IMG/VR virus record: IMGVR_UViG_3300029984_000001 | Location: 199,572-263,571 of that record | DNA: 64,000 bases | Direction: 5' to 3' (one strand) | Position numbers and translations under genes: made by a program | The notes under the pieces: model-generated | Database searches by the model: none | Told to the model about the DNA's origin: nothing | The model's input: only the letters and a program-made list of their open reading frames with translations | Shown here: positions 48,730-57,666 of the stretch, piece after piece | Numbering within the stretch: position 1 is the first letter of the stretch | Layout: each line of letters starts with the position of its first letter

Positions 48730-49818
48730 TTATATCTCTCCTCTCTTTATTTTTTGTACTTGAGCAATTGCTTTATAGCAAACACTTCTAGAAGATTTAT
48801 AACATTCTTTAAATGCATCTAATTTAGCACTAAAAGATATAGAATGTATAGCACTCATTTCTGATATTTGATCTGTCTTGGCTTTTACAAATAGATTTAA
48901 ATAATTTAGAGTCTCAGAATCAACACTATAAGCTGCGACATTATTAGCACCTGATACTTTATTATCAAAGTTCACACTAACTTTATTACCACCATCTTTT
49001 TTATCAACTTTTAATAAACTAGATACATAATTCTTTATATTAGTATATTGAATCTCAATTTGTTTCTTAGTATCTTCTACACTTTTCAAAGCAGTTTTAT
49101 AATCTTTTACAAATAAATAAGCAGTATTTACATTATCAGATTTAATTGTAATATCTTCTTTAGTGTCTTCATTATTTCTAAATACTTTAAATAAAGAATC
49201 TTTATAATCCTCTTTAGAAATTTTCTCTCCAGTTCTTCCAATTACTGAAGCTCTTAGAGAATCATAATAATCTCCATCTAATTTATTTTTAAATGTTTCA
49301 TAGTTATTCTTAGCAGCATCTGATTTCTCTCTATTAGTTTTATTATCATCCCAAGTACCAGAATCTAATTCTATAAAACCTTCTTGGAAATTTGCTTGAG
49401 CATCTATAATAGGAATATTATCTTTAAAAGTATAAGTATAATCATTTATATCAAACTCACAAGAATCATCAAATTTACCTAATAGATCAGCATGTTTAAT
49501 TAAATACTTATCAGATCTGATTGCACCATTTATAGCTCTAACAAATCTATCCCATAAGTTTTTAATAAATGATAAGAATTTAGATATAATACTAACTACC
49601 TTGGAAGTAAAATCAGAGAACCCTTCATTAATAGCAACAACATCTGATCCTGATTCTAATAGAGATCTATATAATTGTTTATTTACTTCTATCATATTTC
49701 TTTCTGATTCTAATACATAATTTAATGTAGTTGCAAAGAAATTTTCTTCTATACCACTTGTAGTAGATAAATCATTAGAATTGGTTTCATTAAGACTTAA
49801 ACACTTTATATCAAACAT
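48730..49818 (-). CDS. Internal head protein paralog 4
   Basis: INE|GFSDFTSKVVSIISKFLSFIKNLWDRF...SDKYLIKH. Confidence 0.7.
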   Translation of the reverse strand: MFDIKCLSLNETNSNDLSTTSGIEENFFATTLNYVLESERNMIEVNKQLYRSLLESGSDVVAINEGFSDFTSKVVSIISKFLSFIKNLWDRFVRAINGAIRSDKYLIKHADLLGKFDDSCEFDINDYTYTFKDNIPIIDAQANFQEGFIELDSGTWDDNKTNREKSDAAKNNYETFKNKLDGDYYDSLRASVIGRTGEKISKEDYKDSLFKVFRNNEDTKEDITIKSDNVNTAYLFVKDYKTALKSVEDTKKQIEIQYTNIKNYVSSLLKVDKKDGGNKVSVNFDNKVSGANNVAAYSVDSETLNYLNLFVKAKTDQISEMSAIHSISFSAKLDAFKECYKSSRSVCYKAIAQVQKIKRGEI

Positions 49819-49886
49819 TAATTATTCCTCCTTTAAAATTTATAAAAAACGAAAGGGTAAATAATACCCTTTCATTAATTTATATA

Positions 49887-50915
49887 CTAAACAAATGATA
49901 AATCATTAGGCATTTCATAACCTTCTTTAGCAGTCTTAGTTATTAATCTAAGAGCAACACCTTTATTTTGTCTATTTCTAGCTTTAATAGCAGTCAAGTA
50001 CGCTCCATTATAAGTTTGAATAGCAGATAAACAAGTCTTTAGATCTTCTACATCATATGTGCAAGCTCTTTGAGCATCCCCATTTTCAACAGATCCTGTT
50101 TCTTTACCAAGACTTTTCTTTCTACCATCTACTATACTGATTAATTTATTAATGAATGTTTTAACAGATTTATACGCTTTCATTGCATCAGTTTTATCTT
50201 GTTTAGCTGATGTAATTTCTGATACGATATTATCTGCATTTATAGTAACATTAACTTTAGAATCTTCACCCTTTCTAAATAATTTAAATAATTCTTTAGA
50301 ATATTCAGAAGATGATAATTCACTTTGACCTAATGCAGCTCCTCTTATTTTTGCTGATATTTCTTCAGACTTAGTATCTTTATGTGAAGATAAAATTTCT
50401 GAATCACTTCTTGTAAAGTATTTAGATAACTTACTTTCAGCTTTATCTATACCATTTTCAGATATACTGAAATTGAATCCTTTGTATTCAACCCCTACTG
50501 TACTTGCTGACTTAATTTTATCTCCATATTTCTTTACGAAAGCTTTATCATTCATGACGAATCTATTAATCATCATAATAAATTTATCAAATAACACTTT
50601 TATTTTCTTTCCTATAGAAATAAAAAAGTTTTTAACCTTTTCTAAAAATCCACCATCACCGAATGCTTCATTAACAGGCATTTCTACTCTATTGATAGAA
50701 AAATATTCTAATTCTTTTAAACCACAAGATTCACATATATCAAAATATTCTTCTTCAGTGAAAGCATTAATAGCTTCAGTACCTTCCATTGTAGGTTCAT
50801 AATGAAACTCTATACCTTGTACATCTGCAAATTCTCTTTGAATTGCTTCATCTGAAATATCTATAGGACCACTATTAGCATTTTCATTAAATATCATTGA
50901 ACTGTATCTTCCCAT
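49887..50915 (-). CDS. Internal head protein paralog 3
   Basis: VNE|AFGDGGFLEKVKNFFISIGKKIKVLFDKF...NDKAFVKKY. Confidence 0.7.
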   Translation of the reverse strand: MGRYSSMIFNENANSGPIDISDEAIQREFADVQGIEFHYEPTMEGTEAINAFTEEEYFDICESCGLKELEYFSINRVEMPVNEAFGDGGFLEKVKNFFISIGKKIKVLFDKFIMMINRFVMNDKAFVKKYGDKIKSASTVGVEYKGFNFSISENGIDKAESKLSKYFTRSDSEILSSHKDTKSEEISAKIRGAALGQSELSSSEYSKELFKLFRKGEDSKVNVTINADNIVSEITSAKQDKTDAMKAYKSVKTFINKLISIVDGRKKSLGKETGSVENGDAQRACTYDVEDLKTCLSAIQTYNGAYLTAIKARNRQNKGVALRLITKTAKEGYEMPNDLSFV

Positions 50916-50940
50916 ATTAATTTTCCTCCTTAAATTTGAT

Positions 50941-50952
50941 TATTTTAAAGTT
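50941..50952 (-). promoter_or_regulatory. Late promoter AACT-N6-TA
   Basis: Minus strand aact ttaaaa ta, overlapping the 13-bp hairpin at 50947..50985. Confidence 0.65.
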
Positions 50953-50997
50953 AAACTCTCAAAAAATAAATAAGAGTTTAACTTTTTATATTTTTTA

Positions 50998-52140
50998 TTA
51001 AGCTACTACTACTTCTAATGTATCTAGAGTTTCTAAAGTTTCATCATAAGCAGATTCTGCTAATGCATCTAAATAAACTTGTTCATTCATTTTAGATTTG
51101 GCAACTACTTTTGTGAATAGTGCTTTACATTGAGCAATATGCATTTTTACAAGACCAATATAAGCTCCATTTACCATATTATTAGCTGTTTGATTAACAG
51201 AAACTGTTCTACTAAATGTATTTAGTTTCTTAGTGTCACTAGAATTACCTGAAGCTGAACTAGTTCCTTTAAATGATGCAATTTCTATATTACTATTCTT
51301 TTCTGAAGATAATTTCCCTTTAGCTGAATCTATTTCAGATAACAACTTCTTGAAGAACTCTCCATTTTTCTTGTTAGAATCTTCTAATGTTTTGACTATT
51401 TTAGTAGTACCAAGTACTTCATTAACTTGTTTAGTCATTGAATCTGTTACAGATTCAAAACTATCTTTATTATCAAAGTAATCATTTTCTAAATCTTTCT
51501 TAAAGCTAGATCTAGTTGCACCAGACACTATTGAACTTAATAGAGATTCTAAGAAACTTCCATCATTTATTTCTTCATCTCTTTTCTTAAGAGCATCCCC
51601 ATTCATTCCATTTATTGAAGATAATGCACCAGCAGCTTCACCATCAAATTTACCAAATGGTATAGCTGTTAAACTTAATTCTTTCTTAAGAACTTTGAAT
51701 TTAAAGCTACCTTTATAACTCTTAGAATTACTATTAAAAGTATTTACATGTTTCTTATAGAACTTATTATAATCTCTAGTTAGGAAAGAAGAGATTTTAA
51801 CTTTAAGTGCTTCATATAAAGACTTAATCTTTTGCCATGCTTTCATAACCATAGTTTTAAGTTTTGATAAGACATCACCAAAACCTTCTGTTACTACAAC
51901 AATTTCAGCAGCTTCATTAACTAAACCCTCTTTTTCTAATTGTTCTTTTTTGAATGTAGCACCTAATTCATTGAACTCTTTTTGCATTGAGTCGTCGAAT
52001 GAGACTCTTTCATTTGTATATGATTCACCTATTAGTCTTAAGCAAGCACCTGCACTATAATCGAAACCTTCTATTACAGGTACATCTGTGTTGTCATTAA
52101 TACCATTTTCATTAAAAATATTAGAACTATATCTTCCCAT
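50998..52140 (-). CDS. Internal head protein paralog 2
   Basis: VTE|GFGDVLSKLKTMVMKAWQKIKSLYE...RDYNKFYKKH. Confidence 0.7.
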   Translation of the reverse strand: MGRYSSNIFNENGINDNTDVPVIEGFDYSAGACLRLIGESYTNERVSFDDSMQKEFNELGATFKKEQLEKEGLVNEAAEIVVVTEGFGDVLSKLKTMVMKAWQKIKSLYEALKVKISSFLTRDYNKFYKKHVNTFNSNSKSYKGSFKFKVLKKELSLTAIPFGKFDGEAAGALSSINGMNGDALKKRDEEINDGSFLESLLSSIVSGATRSSFKKDLENDYFDNKDSFESVTDSMTKQVNEVLGTTKIVKTLEDSNKKNGEFFKKLLSEIDSAKGKLSSEKNSNIEIASFKGTSSASGNSSDTKKLNTFSRTVSVNQTANNMVNGAYIGLVKMHIAQCKALFTKVVAKSKMNEQVYLDALAESAYDETLETLDTLEVVVA

Positions 52141-52171
52141 ATTAATTGTCCTCCTTTTATATTTTCTAATT

Positions 52172-52183
52172 TAATATAAAGTT
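52172..52183 (-). promoter_or_regulatory. Late promoter AACT-N6-TA
   Basis: Minus strand aact ttatat ta. Confidence 0.65.
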
Positions 52184-52201
52184 AATTGAATAACTATCAG
52201 A

Positions 52202-53347
52202 TTATGCATTTAGGAATTCTAAGGATTCATAAACAGCATTTTCTTCAATAGCATCCAATAAAGTTTGTTCTGTAAATTTAGATCTAGATACAACTTTAGT
52301 AAATACAGATTTACATTGAGCTATATGCATCTTGATTAGAGAAATATACTCTCCATTTATAATATTATTAGCAGTTTGATTAACAGAAACTATATTAGAG
52401 AATAATTCTAATCTCATTGAATCTATAGGATGAGAATCTTTTAAATAAACACTATTAGTATTATTTTTATCTTGACCAAATGTTGAGTTTTTCCATTCAT
52501 GTCTTTCATCTGTTGTATCATTAGATTTATTCAAAGTAGACTTCATTGAATCTATTTCAGATAATAGTTTTTTGTAATAATCATTATTAGATTTTTGAGC
52601 TTTATTTAAATTCACTATTATATCTTTAGTACCCAATACTGTTTGCACTTCCTTTATAATAGCATCTGATAATTGTTCATGGTCATCTTTGTCTTCAAAT
52701 AATTGACTATATACTTCTTTTTTATAATCAGATCTTGAACACCCTAAAAGTGATTCTAAATAAGAACCATCTGATATTTTTTCTTTTTCAGATTTAATTT
52801 CTTCTTCTTTTTTGTTTTCACATTTCTTTAAAGTAGTATGAGCCTTAGATTCAAAACTACCATATTTTAAAGCACTTAAATCTAAAGTAGATTTAGGCAT
52901 TTTAAAACTATATTTACCTTTAGTATTCTTTGCATAATTACTAAAAGTATTTTGATGTTTCTTATAAAACTTATTATAATCTCTAGTTAAGAAGGCTGAT
53001 ATTCTAACTTTTACAGCTTCATATAAAGACTTAATCTTTTGCCATGCTTTCATAACCATTGATTTAAGTTTTGACTTTATATCAGCAAAACCTTCTGTAA
53101 CAATTTCTATCTTAGCAGCTTCTGTAAACATTCCTTTAGCTTCTAAATCTGCTTTTGCAATTTCAGCAGCAATTTCATTCATTTCAGATTTCATAGATTC
53201 ATCAAACACAGATAGTTCTTGTTGACTAGCTTCTGCAATTATTCTTAGATAAGCTCCTGGATCACTACCATATCCTTCTATTACAGGAACTTCTTCCTCA
53301 TTATAACGTCCTATAGAAGTGGTATTACCTCTTAATAAATGTCCCAT
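52202..53347 (-). CDS. Internal head protein paralog 1
   Basis: VTE|GFADIKSKLKSMVMKAWQKIKSLYE...RDYNKFYKKH. Confidence 0.7.
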   Translation of the reverse strand: MGHLLRGNTTSIGRYNEEEVPVIEGYGSDPGAYLRIIAEASQQELSVFDESMKSEMNEIAAEIAKADLEAKGMFTEAAKIEIVTEGFADIKSKLKSMVMKAWQKIKSLYEAVKVRISAFLTRDYNKFYKKHQNTFSNYAKNTKGKYSFKMPKSTLDLSALKYGSFESKAHTTLKKCENKKEEEIKSEKEKISDGSYLESLLGCSRSDYKKEVYSQLFEDKDDHEQLSDAIIKEVQTVLGTKDIIVNLNKAQKSNNDYYKKLLSEIDSMKSTLNKSNDTTDERHEWKNSTFGQDKNNTNSVYLKDSHPIDSMRLELFSNIVSVNQTANNIINGEYISLIKMHIAQCKSVFTKVVSRSKFTEQTLLDAIEENAVYESLEFLNA

Positions 53348-53362
53348 TATATTTTACCTCCT

Positions 53363-54412
53363 TTAAAATAAACTATTACCATCATCTTCATCCGAATCTC
53401 CGTCATCATTTAATTTAGCTGGAGCTTGATCAATAATATCATCAGCTTTAAATTTAATAGATGATTCTTTTTTAGATTCAGCAGATGCTTTATTGTCGGC
53501 AGATTTCATATCTATTGCAACATGATTTGCAATCTTTGCAAATTTCTCTGCAATTGCGTGTTGTTTAGATGCAATTTCTTTTCTTTTTACAGGATCTATT
53601 GATGGGTTTGATTGAACTCTATAAGCATTTGCTTGTAGTAACTCAGCCTGTAATTCAAAGTAATCACTAATCTTGGTTCTTACATGAAAGAAGAAGAATA
53701 TCATCTCCCTCATCATAGGAATAATATTCATTAGGATTGCAATTAAAGCTGCACCACCAAGAACCCCTATAGCAGCACTAGTACCTAATAATCCTTTTTC
53801 TTTAGAATATCCTGAAATAATATAAGATAATGATTTTTGTACATCACCTTTATCGCAAGAGTTATTAAACTTTTCAAGATTCTTTAATAGTAAATGATCT
53901 TTTGTTTTATTCAAAGCAACTTTATCTAATTCTATATCAAAATTATCAGCATTAGGTGACTTTATCATTTCTACCGAGGTAGCTATTAATAATGATGTAG
54001 CAGATACAATTGAAAGTACAATCGAATTATATAATACCATAGGTAGTTCTATATTCAACATATAACCTTTCATAAAGAGATTTTTATTCTCTTCCATATT
54101 TTGAATTGCTTTGTAAATAGTATTAACAGAATCTTGACTTCCTTTGAATTCTTTTATTAATCCTGATATTATATCTAAAGAATCTAGAGTTGAACTATAT
54201 CCACTATATGATGTAATGTCTCCTTTACTCTTCTCTATATCACCAAAATCAATATTTTCAAATTTCTCACTTATAAGTTTATGATACAATCTATCACATA
54301 ATGAACTTATGGCAGAATGTTCTTCAGCTTCATTCATCGATGTAATTACATTTAACGTTTCATCATCGAAAATATCAAAGTGTTCATTTATAGCAACTTC
54401 ATATATACCCAT
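53363..54412 (-). CDS. Putative virion protein with a hydrophobic segment
   Basis: Leader MGIYEVAINE; LLGTSAAIGVLGGAALIAILMNIIPMM. Confidence 0.6.
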   Translation of the reverse strand: MGIYEVAINEHFDIFDDETLNVITSMNEAEEHSAISSLCDRLYHKLISEKFENIDFGDIEKSKGDITSYSGYSSTLDSLDIISGLIKEFKGSQDSVNTIYKAIQNMEENKNLFMKGYMLNIELPMVLYNSIVLSIVSATSLLIATSVEMIKSPNADNFDIELDKVALNKTKDHLLLKNLEKFNNSCDKGDVQKSLSYIISGYSKEKGLLGTSAAIGVLGGAALIAILMNIIPMMREMIFFFFHVRTKISDYFELQAELLQANAYRVQSNPSIDPVKRKEIASKQHAIAEKFAKIANHVAIDMKSADNKASAESKKESSIKFKADDIIDQAPAKLNDDGDSDEDDGNSLF

Positions 54413-54427
54413 ATCGAATCCCCTTTC

Positions 54428-56308
54428 TTATCTTATTTTAGACATAAGATTTATAATCTTTTTATAATCATTACCTTTATCTTCTCTCTCTAATGATCTA
54501 AATGCCATTTCTTCGTAAAGATCATCTCCAGTATCAAAGATAAATTTAGCAACTTCATTATTCTCATCTATAATACAGAAACACATTAAGTTATATGATT
54601 CCATTATAGGTCTAATTATTTTTGGATCTTCTAAATCAATATCTTCCATTTTCTTTAGATATTCTGCTTCTTCTTGAGTTATAGTTAAAGATGTAATTGC
54701 AGTAGCATCATTAATTGATCCGATAGTTCTATTGATTCTACTTTTAATTCCTCTTCTTTCTAATACTTTCCAAAGTTTAGAAGATGATCCTTTTCTTGAT
54801 TGAGAAAGAGCATCCAATTTAGCTCTATCAATAGCAAATAAGAAATCTCTACAGAATGATATTTCTCTAGTAGTAGCTTTTATCAAACCTATTAAGAAAT
54901 GTTTATCTACATGCTTAATGGTGAGCCTTTTTAATATATCATCTGAATTAACAGGATATAATTTAGCCTTAACTCCTATAACAGTTTGAGATTGTATTGG
55001 TCTACCATTATCCCCTTTAGATATGTAATTTACTATCATAGTAGTAGGAACCAATTCATTTGGTTTCTTAACATCATTATCTAAAAGTTGATTCTTTAAG
55101 TAATCAATTCTATTTCTTACTACATCAGCATCAAATCTAGACTTGTCTAAATTCATTTTATCTGCAAATTTTTCATCTTCTCTTCCATCTCTCTTTTCTT
55201 TATAATTTTGATTTAATTTATCTTGATCTTTTTGGTAATTAAATTTAGATAATTGATTATTATAATCTCTTACATCATTTTCAATATCTTTATTAAATTT
55301 ATTCACAGCTAATTGATGAGTTCTATCAGATTGAGATGTTTGATTATTCATTTTCTCTCTATCATTATCCATTCTTTCTTGATCTAATGCATTTCTGGTA
55401 TCAGATTCCATCCTTTTAAATTCGAAATCATTAGCATCTTTATTCACTTGATAATCTGACCCAGCATTTTTATAAGTCATATCAAAACCAGAATTAGTTG
55501 TTTTAATCATTATATCTTTTTCAGCTCTGTCTACAACTAAAGCGTAATCTGGGTTACTACTATAATAACCAACATCATATGATATACCATGTGCAGTTTG
55601 TCTTATATCTCCATTAGGGTCTCCAATTGCTTCAGTGACAGCTTTTTTATTTTTACCAATATTCATATATTTTGGGTCTGTATCTATGATACTGTCTAGA
55701 TAATCTAATTCTTCCATATCTGAATCTGTTAGTTTTTTATGTTTCTTTGATTTAGATTCATTTAATATATATGACTCATTTAAAGAATTTTTAGGTTTAA
55801 TGATTAAGTAGTCGGCTAGAGAAGATTCTTCTCTGATACTATTAGGTAAGTAATTGCTAAGGTTTCTTAAATCATTAGAATATTTTACATATAATTCTTC
55901 ATTATCAACCATAACAGCACCTTCTAATACTAAGTGATCCATCATGTTCATAAATTTATCTATTGTCATAGATCCATCTAATTTTAAATTAGTATGGAAA
56001 TTTTTAAGGTATGTAATTCCATCTTCAGCATTTGATATAGACAAAGCACTAAATAACATTTGAAGCATACTTACAGCTTTACGTTCCATTGCTTTTGAAA
56101 ACATAGAAGCATTGTCTATTGTCATACCTCTAGATACTACACAAGGAAATACTAAAGTTAAATTAGCTGTAGCCGCAGCTATTGATCTAAAACTTTTACC
56201 TTGGGATCTATTACTAATTGCATCTATAGCATCAGCATTTTTCAATTCTTCTAACATATCCATAGCATCTCTAATTACTGTTTCATGTATCATTTTACAA
56301 TAATTCAT
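54428..56308 (-). CDS. Putative virion structural protein with central charged insert
   Basis: Late promoter; leader MNYCKMIHE; LNE and VTE sites before a D/K/N/Q-rich coiled region. Confidence 0.6.
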   Translation of the reverse strand: MNYCKMIHETVIRDAMDMLEELKNADAIDAISNRSQGKSFRSIAAATANLTLVFPCVVSRGMTIDNASMFSKAMERKAVSMLQMLFSALSISNAEDGITYLKNFHTNLKLDGSMTIDKFMNMMDHLVLEGAVMVDNEELYVKYSNDLRNLSNYLPNSIREESSLADYLIIKPKNSLNESYILNESKSKKHKKLTDSDMEELDYLDSIIDTDPKYMNIGKNKKAVTEAIGDPNGDIRQTAHGISYDVGYYSSNPDYALVVDRAEKDIMIKTTNSGFDMTYKNAGSDYQVNKDANDFEFKRMESDTRNALDQERMDNDREKMNNQTSQSDRTHQLAVNKFNKDIENDVRDYNNQLSKFNYQKDQDKLNQNYKEKRDGREDEKFADKMNLDKSRFDADVVRNRIDYLKNQLLDNDVKKPNELVPTTMIVNYISKGDNGRPIQSQTVIGVKAKLYPVNSDDILKRLTIKHVDKHFLIGLIKATTREISFCRDFLFAIDRAKLDALSQSRKGSSSKLWKVLERRGIKSRINRTIGSINDATAITSLTITQEEAEYLKKMEDIDLEDPKIIRPIMESYNLMCFCIIDENNEVAKFIFDTGDDLYEEMAFRSLEREDKGNDYKKIINLMSKIR

Positions 56309-56333
56309 TTTTATTCCTCCTAACTGATTAAAT

Positions 56334-56345
56334 TAGTAATATGTT
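56334..56345 (-). promoter_or_regulatory. Late promoter AACA-N6-TA
   Basis: Minus strand aaca tattac ta. Confidence 0.7.
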
Positions 56346-56433
56346 AAATTCCTTAGATTCTAGAAAAAATAAAAAGGGGTATTTAAACCCCTTTTCTATG
56401 TACAATATGTAATTAATTATGTATTATGTGCGA

Positions 56434-56568
56434 TTAAACGTATACTCTCCACATCCAAATTTTAAATATAGTATGTTTACAAGCAAGTTCTTTAAGTTCT
56501 TCTAGAATACTGATATTCTCGTATTCATATTCTTTTTGTAATATTCCTGCATTTGTAATTTCTGTCAT
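56434..56568 (-). CDS. 44-aa protein (below the ORF-track cutoff)
   Basis: SD aagggga; MTEITNAG...WMWRVYV*; early-type promoter upstream and terminator at about 56371-56396. Confidence 0.55.
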   Translation of the reverse strand: MTEITNAGILQKEYEYENISILEELKELACKHTIFKIWMWRVYV

Positions 56569-56632
56569 TTTGTAATCTCCCCTTTATGTAAGTTGTGATA
56601 TCTCTCTTAAATCTAATAGACTACATCTCCTT

Positions 56633-56651
56633 TCAGTATTATAATATATAA
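56633..56651 (-). promoter_or_regulatory. Early-type promoter
   Basis: Minus strand ttatatattata atac tga. Confidence 0.6.
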
Positions 56652-56673
56652 TTTAAATATTATTTAATCTGGA

Positions 56674-56685
56674 AACATTTCAATA
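56674..56685 (+). promoter_or_regulatory. Late promoter AACA-N6-TA
   Basis: aaca tttcaa ta. Confidence 0.7.
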
Positions 56686-56707
56686 ATAAGAAAGGAGGTT
56701 ATATATT

Positions 56708-57661
56708 ATGGCTTATCATATTTCTTCCAATGATATAAAAAATATAAGATTAGCAAATGGTATATACCAAAGAGCTGATTTAGAATGGTATGATAAATTT
56801 TTTAGATTTGGATGTTTGAATCCTAGTGATCATTTATCGGGAACAAGGGAATATATATTTTGGACAAGACCAGATTTAAATATATTAAAACCAAACGGTG
56901 AATTGAATACTGCAATAGAGAATGATTCTTTCTTTAAAGATTGTAGGAAAAGGTATAGAAAAGTAATAGAACAATTACAAGGTTCTTTAACTAATAAACC
57001 ATTTGTTAATTTATTATCTGGTATGGTAAAATCATCTCTAGAAATTCCTGGATACTCTTGTAATGATATAGATGGTCCAGCAACATCATATGGAGATCAA
57101 ATAAGATATAGAGGTTCTACATTAACTTCTGAATCAGATGGATATGAGGTCTCTTTAGAATTTCAAGATACTAAATACTTAGAATTATATACATTCTTAA
57201 AAATATACGATACATATGAAAATTATAAACAGATGGGTGTCATTGGTCCTGATGAAAAATATACATTAAATAAACAACTTCACGATCAAATGTGTTTATA
57301 TAAAGTAATAGTTTCAGAAGATTTTGAAACTATCATATTTTGGGCAAAAGGTTGGGGTGTTTATCCTAAAAATGTTCCTGTAGATGTATTTTCAAATATG
57401 GATACAATGACTGATACGTTAAGATATTCTATTAATTTTCACGTAGAATGGTTTGATGATATGGACCCTGCTATATTATCAGAATTACATTGCTTAGGTA
57501 ATGATCCTTCTTATACTGGAGATGGAAATACTATACCTTTATATGATGTAGACAATAAAATGGTTAATGGAGTTATGTGCGATATACCGTATATTATATA
57601 CGAAGATAGTAAACTCAATACACCTACAGGTGGTAATTACAAATTAAAATGGAGGGGGTAA
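56708..57661 (+). CDS. Tail tube-fold protein (gp19/gp54-like)
   Basis: SLEIPG...EVSLEFQD...WGVYPKNVP...YSINFHVEW. Confidence 0.6.
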   Translation: MAYHISSNDIKNIRLANGIYQRADLEWYDKFFRFGCLNPSDHLSGTREYIFWTRPDLNILKPNGELNTAIENDSFFKDCRKRYRKVIEQLQGSLTNKPFVNLLSGMVKSSLEIPGYSCNDIDGPATSYGDQIRYRGSTLTSESDGYEVSLEFQDTKYLELYTFLKIYDTYENYKQMGVIGPDEKYTLNKQLHDQMCLYKVIVSEDFETIIFWAKGWGVYPKNVPVDVFSNMDTMTDTLRYSINFHVEWFDDMDPAILSELHCLGNDPSYTGDGNTIPLYDVDNKMVNGVMCDIPYIIYEDSKLNTPTGGNYKLKWRG

Positions 57662-57666
57662 AATAA

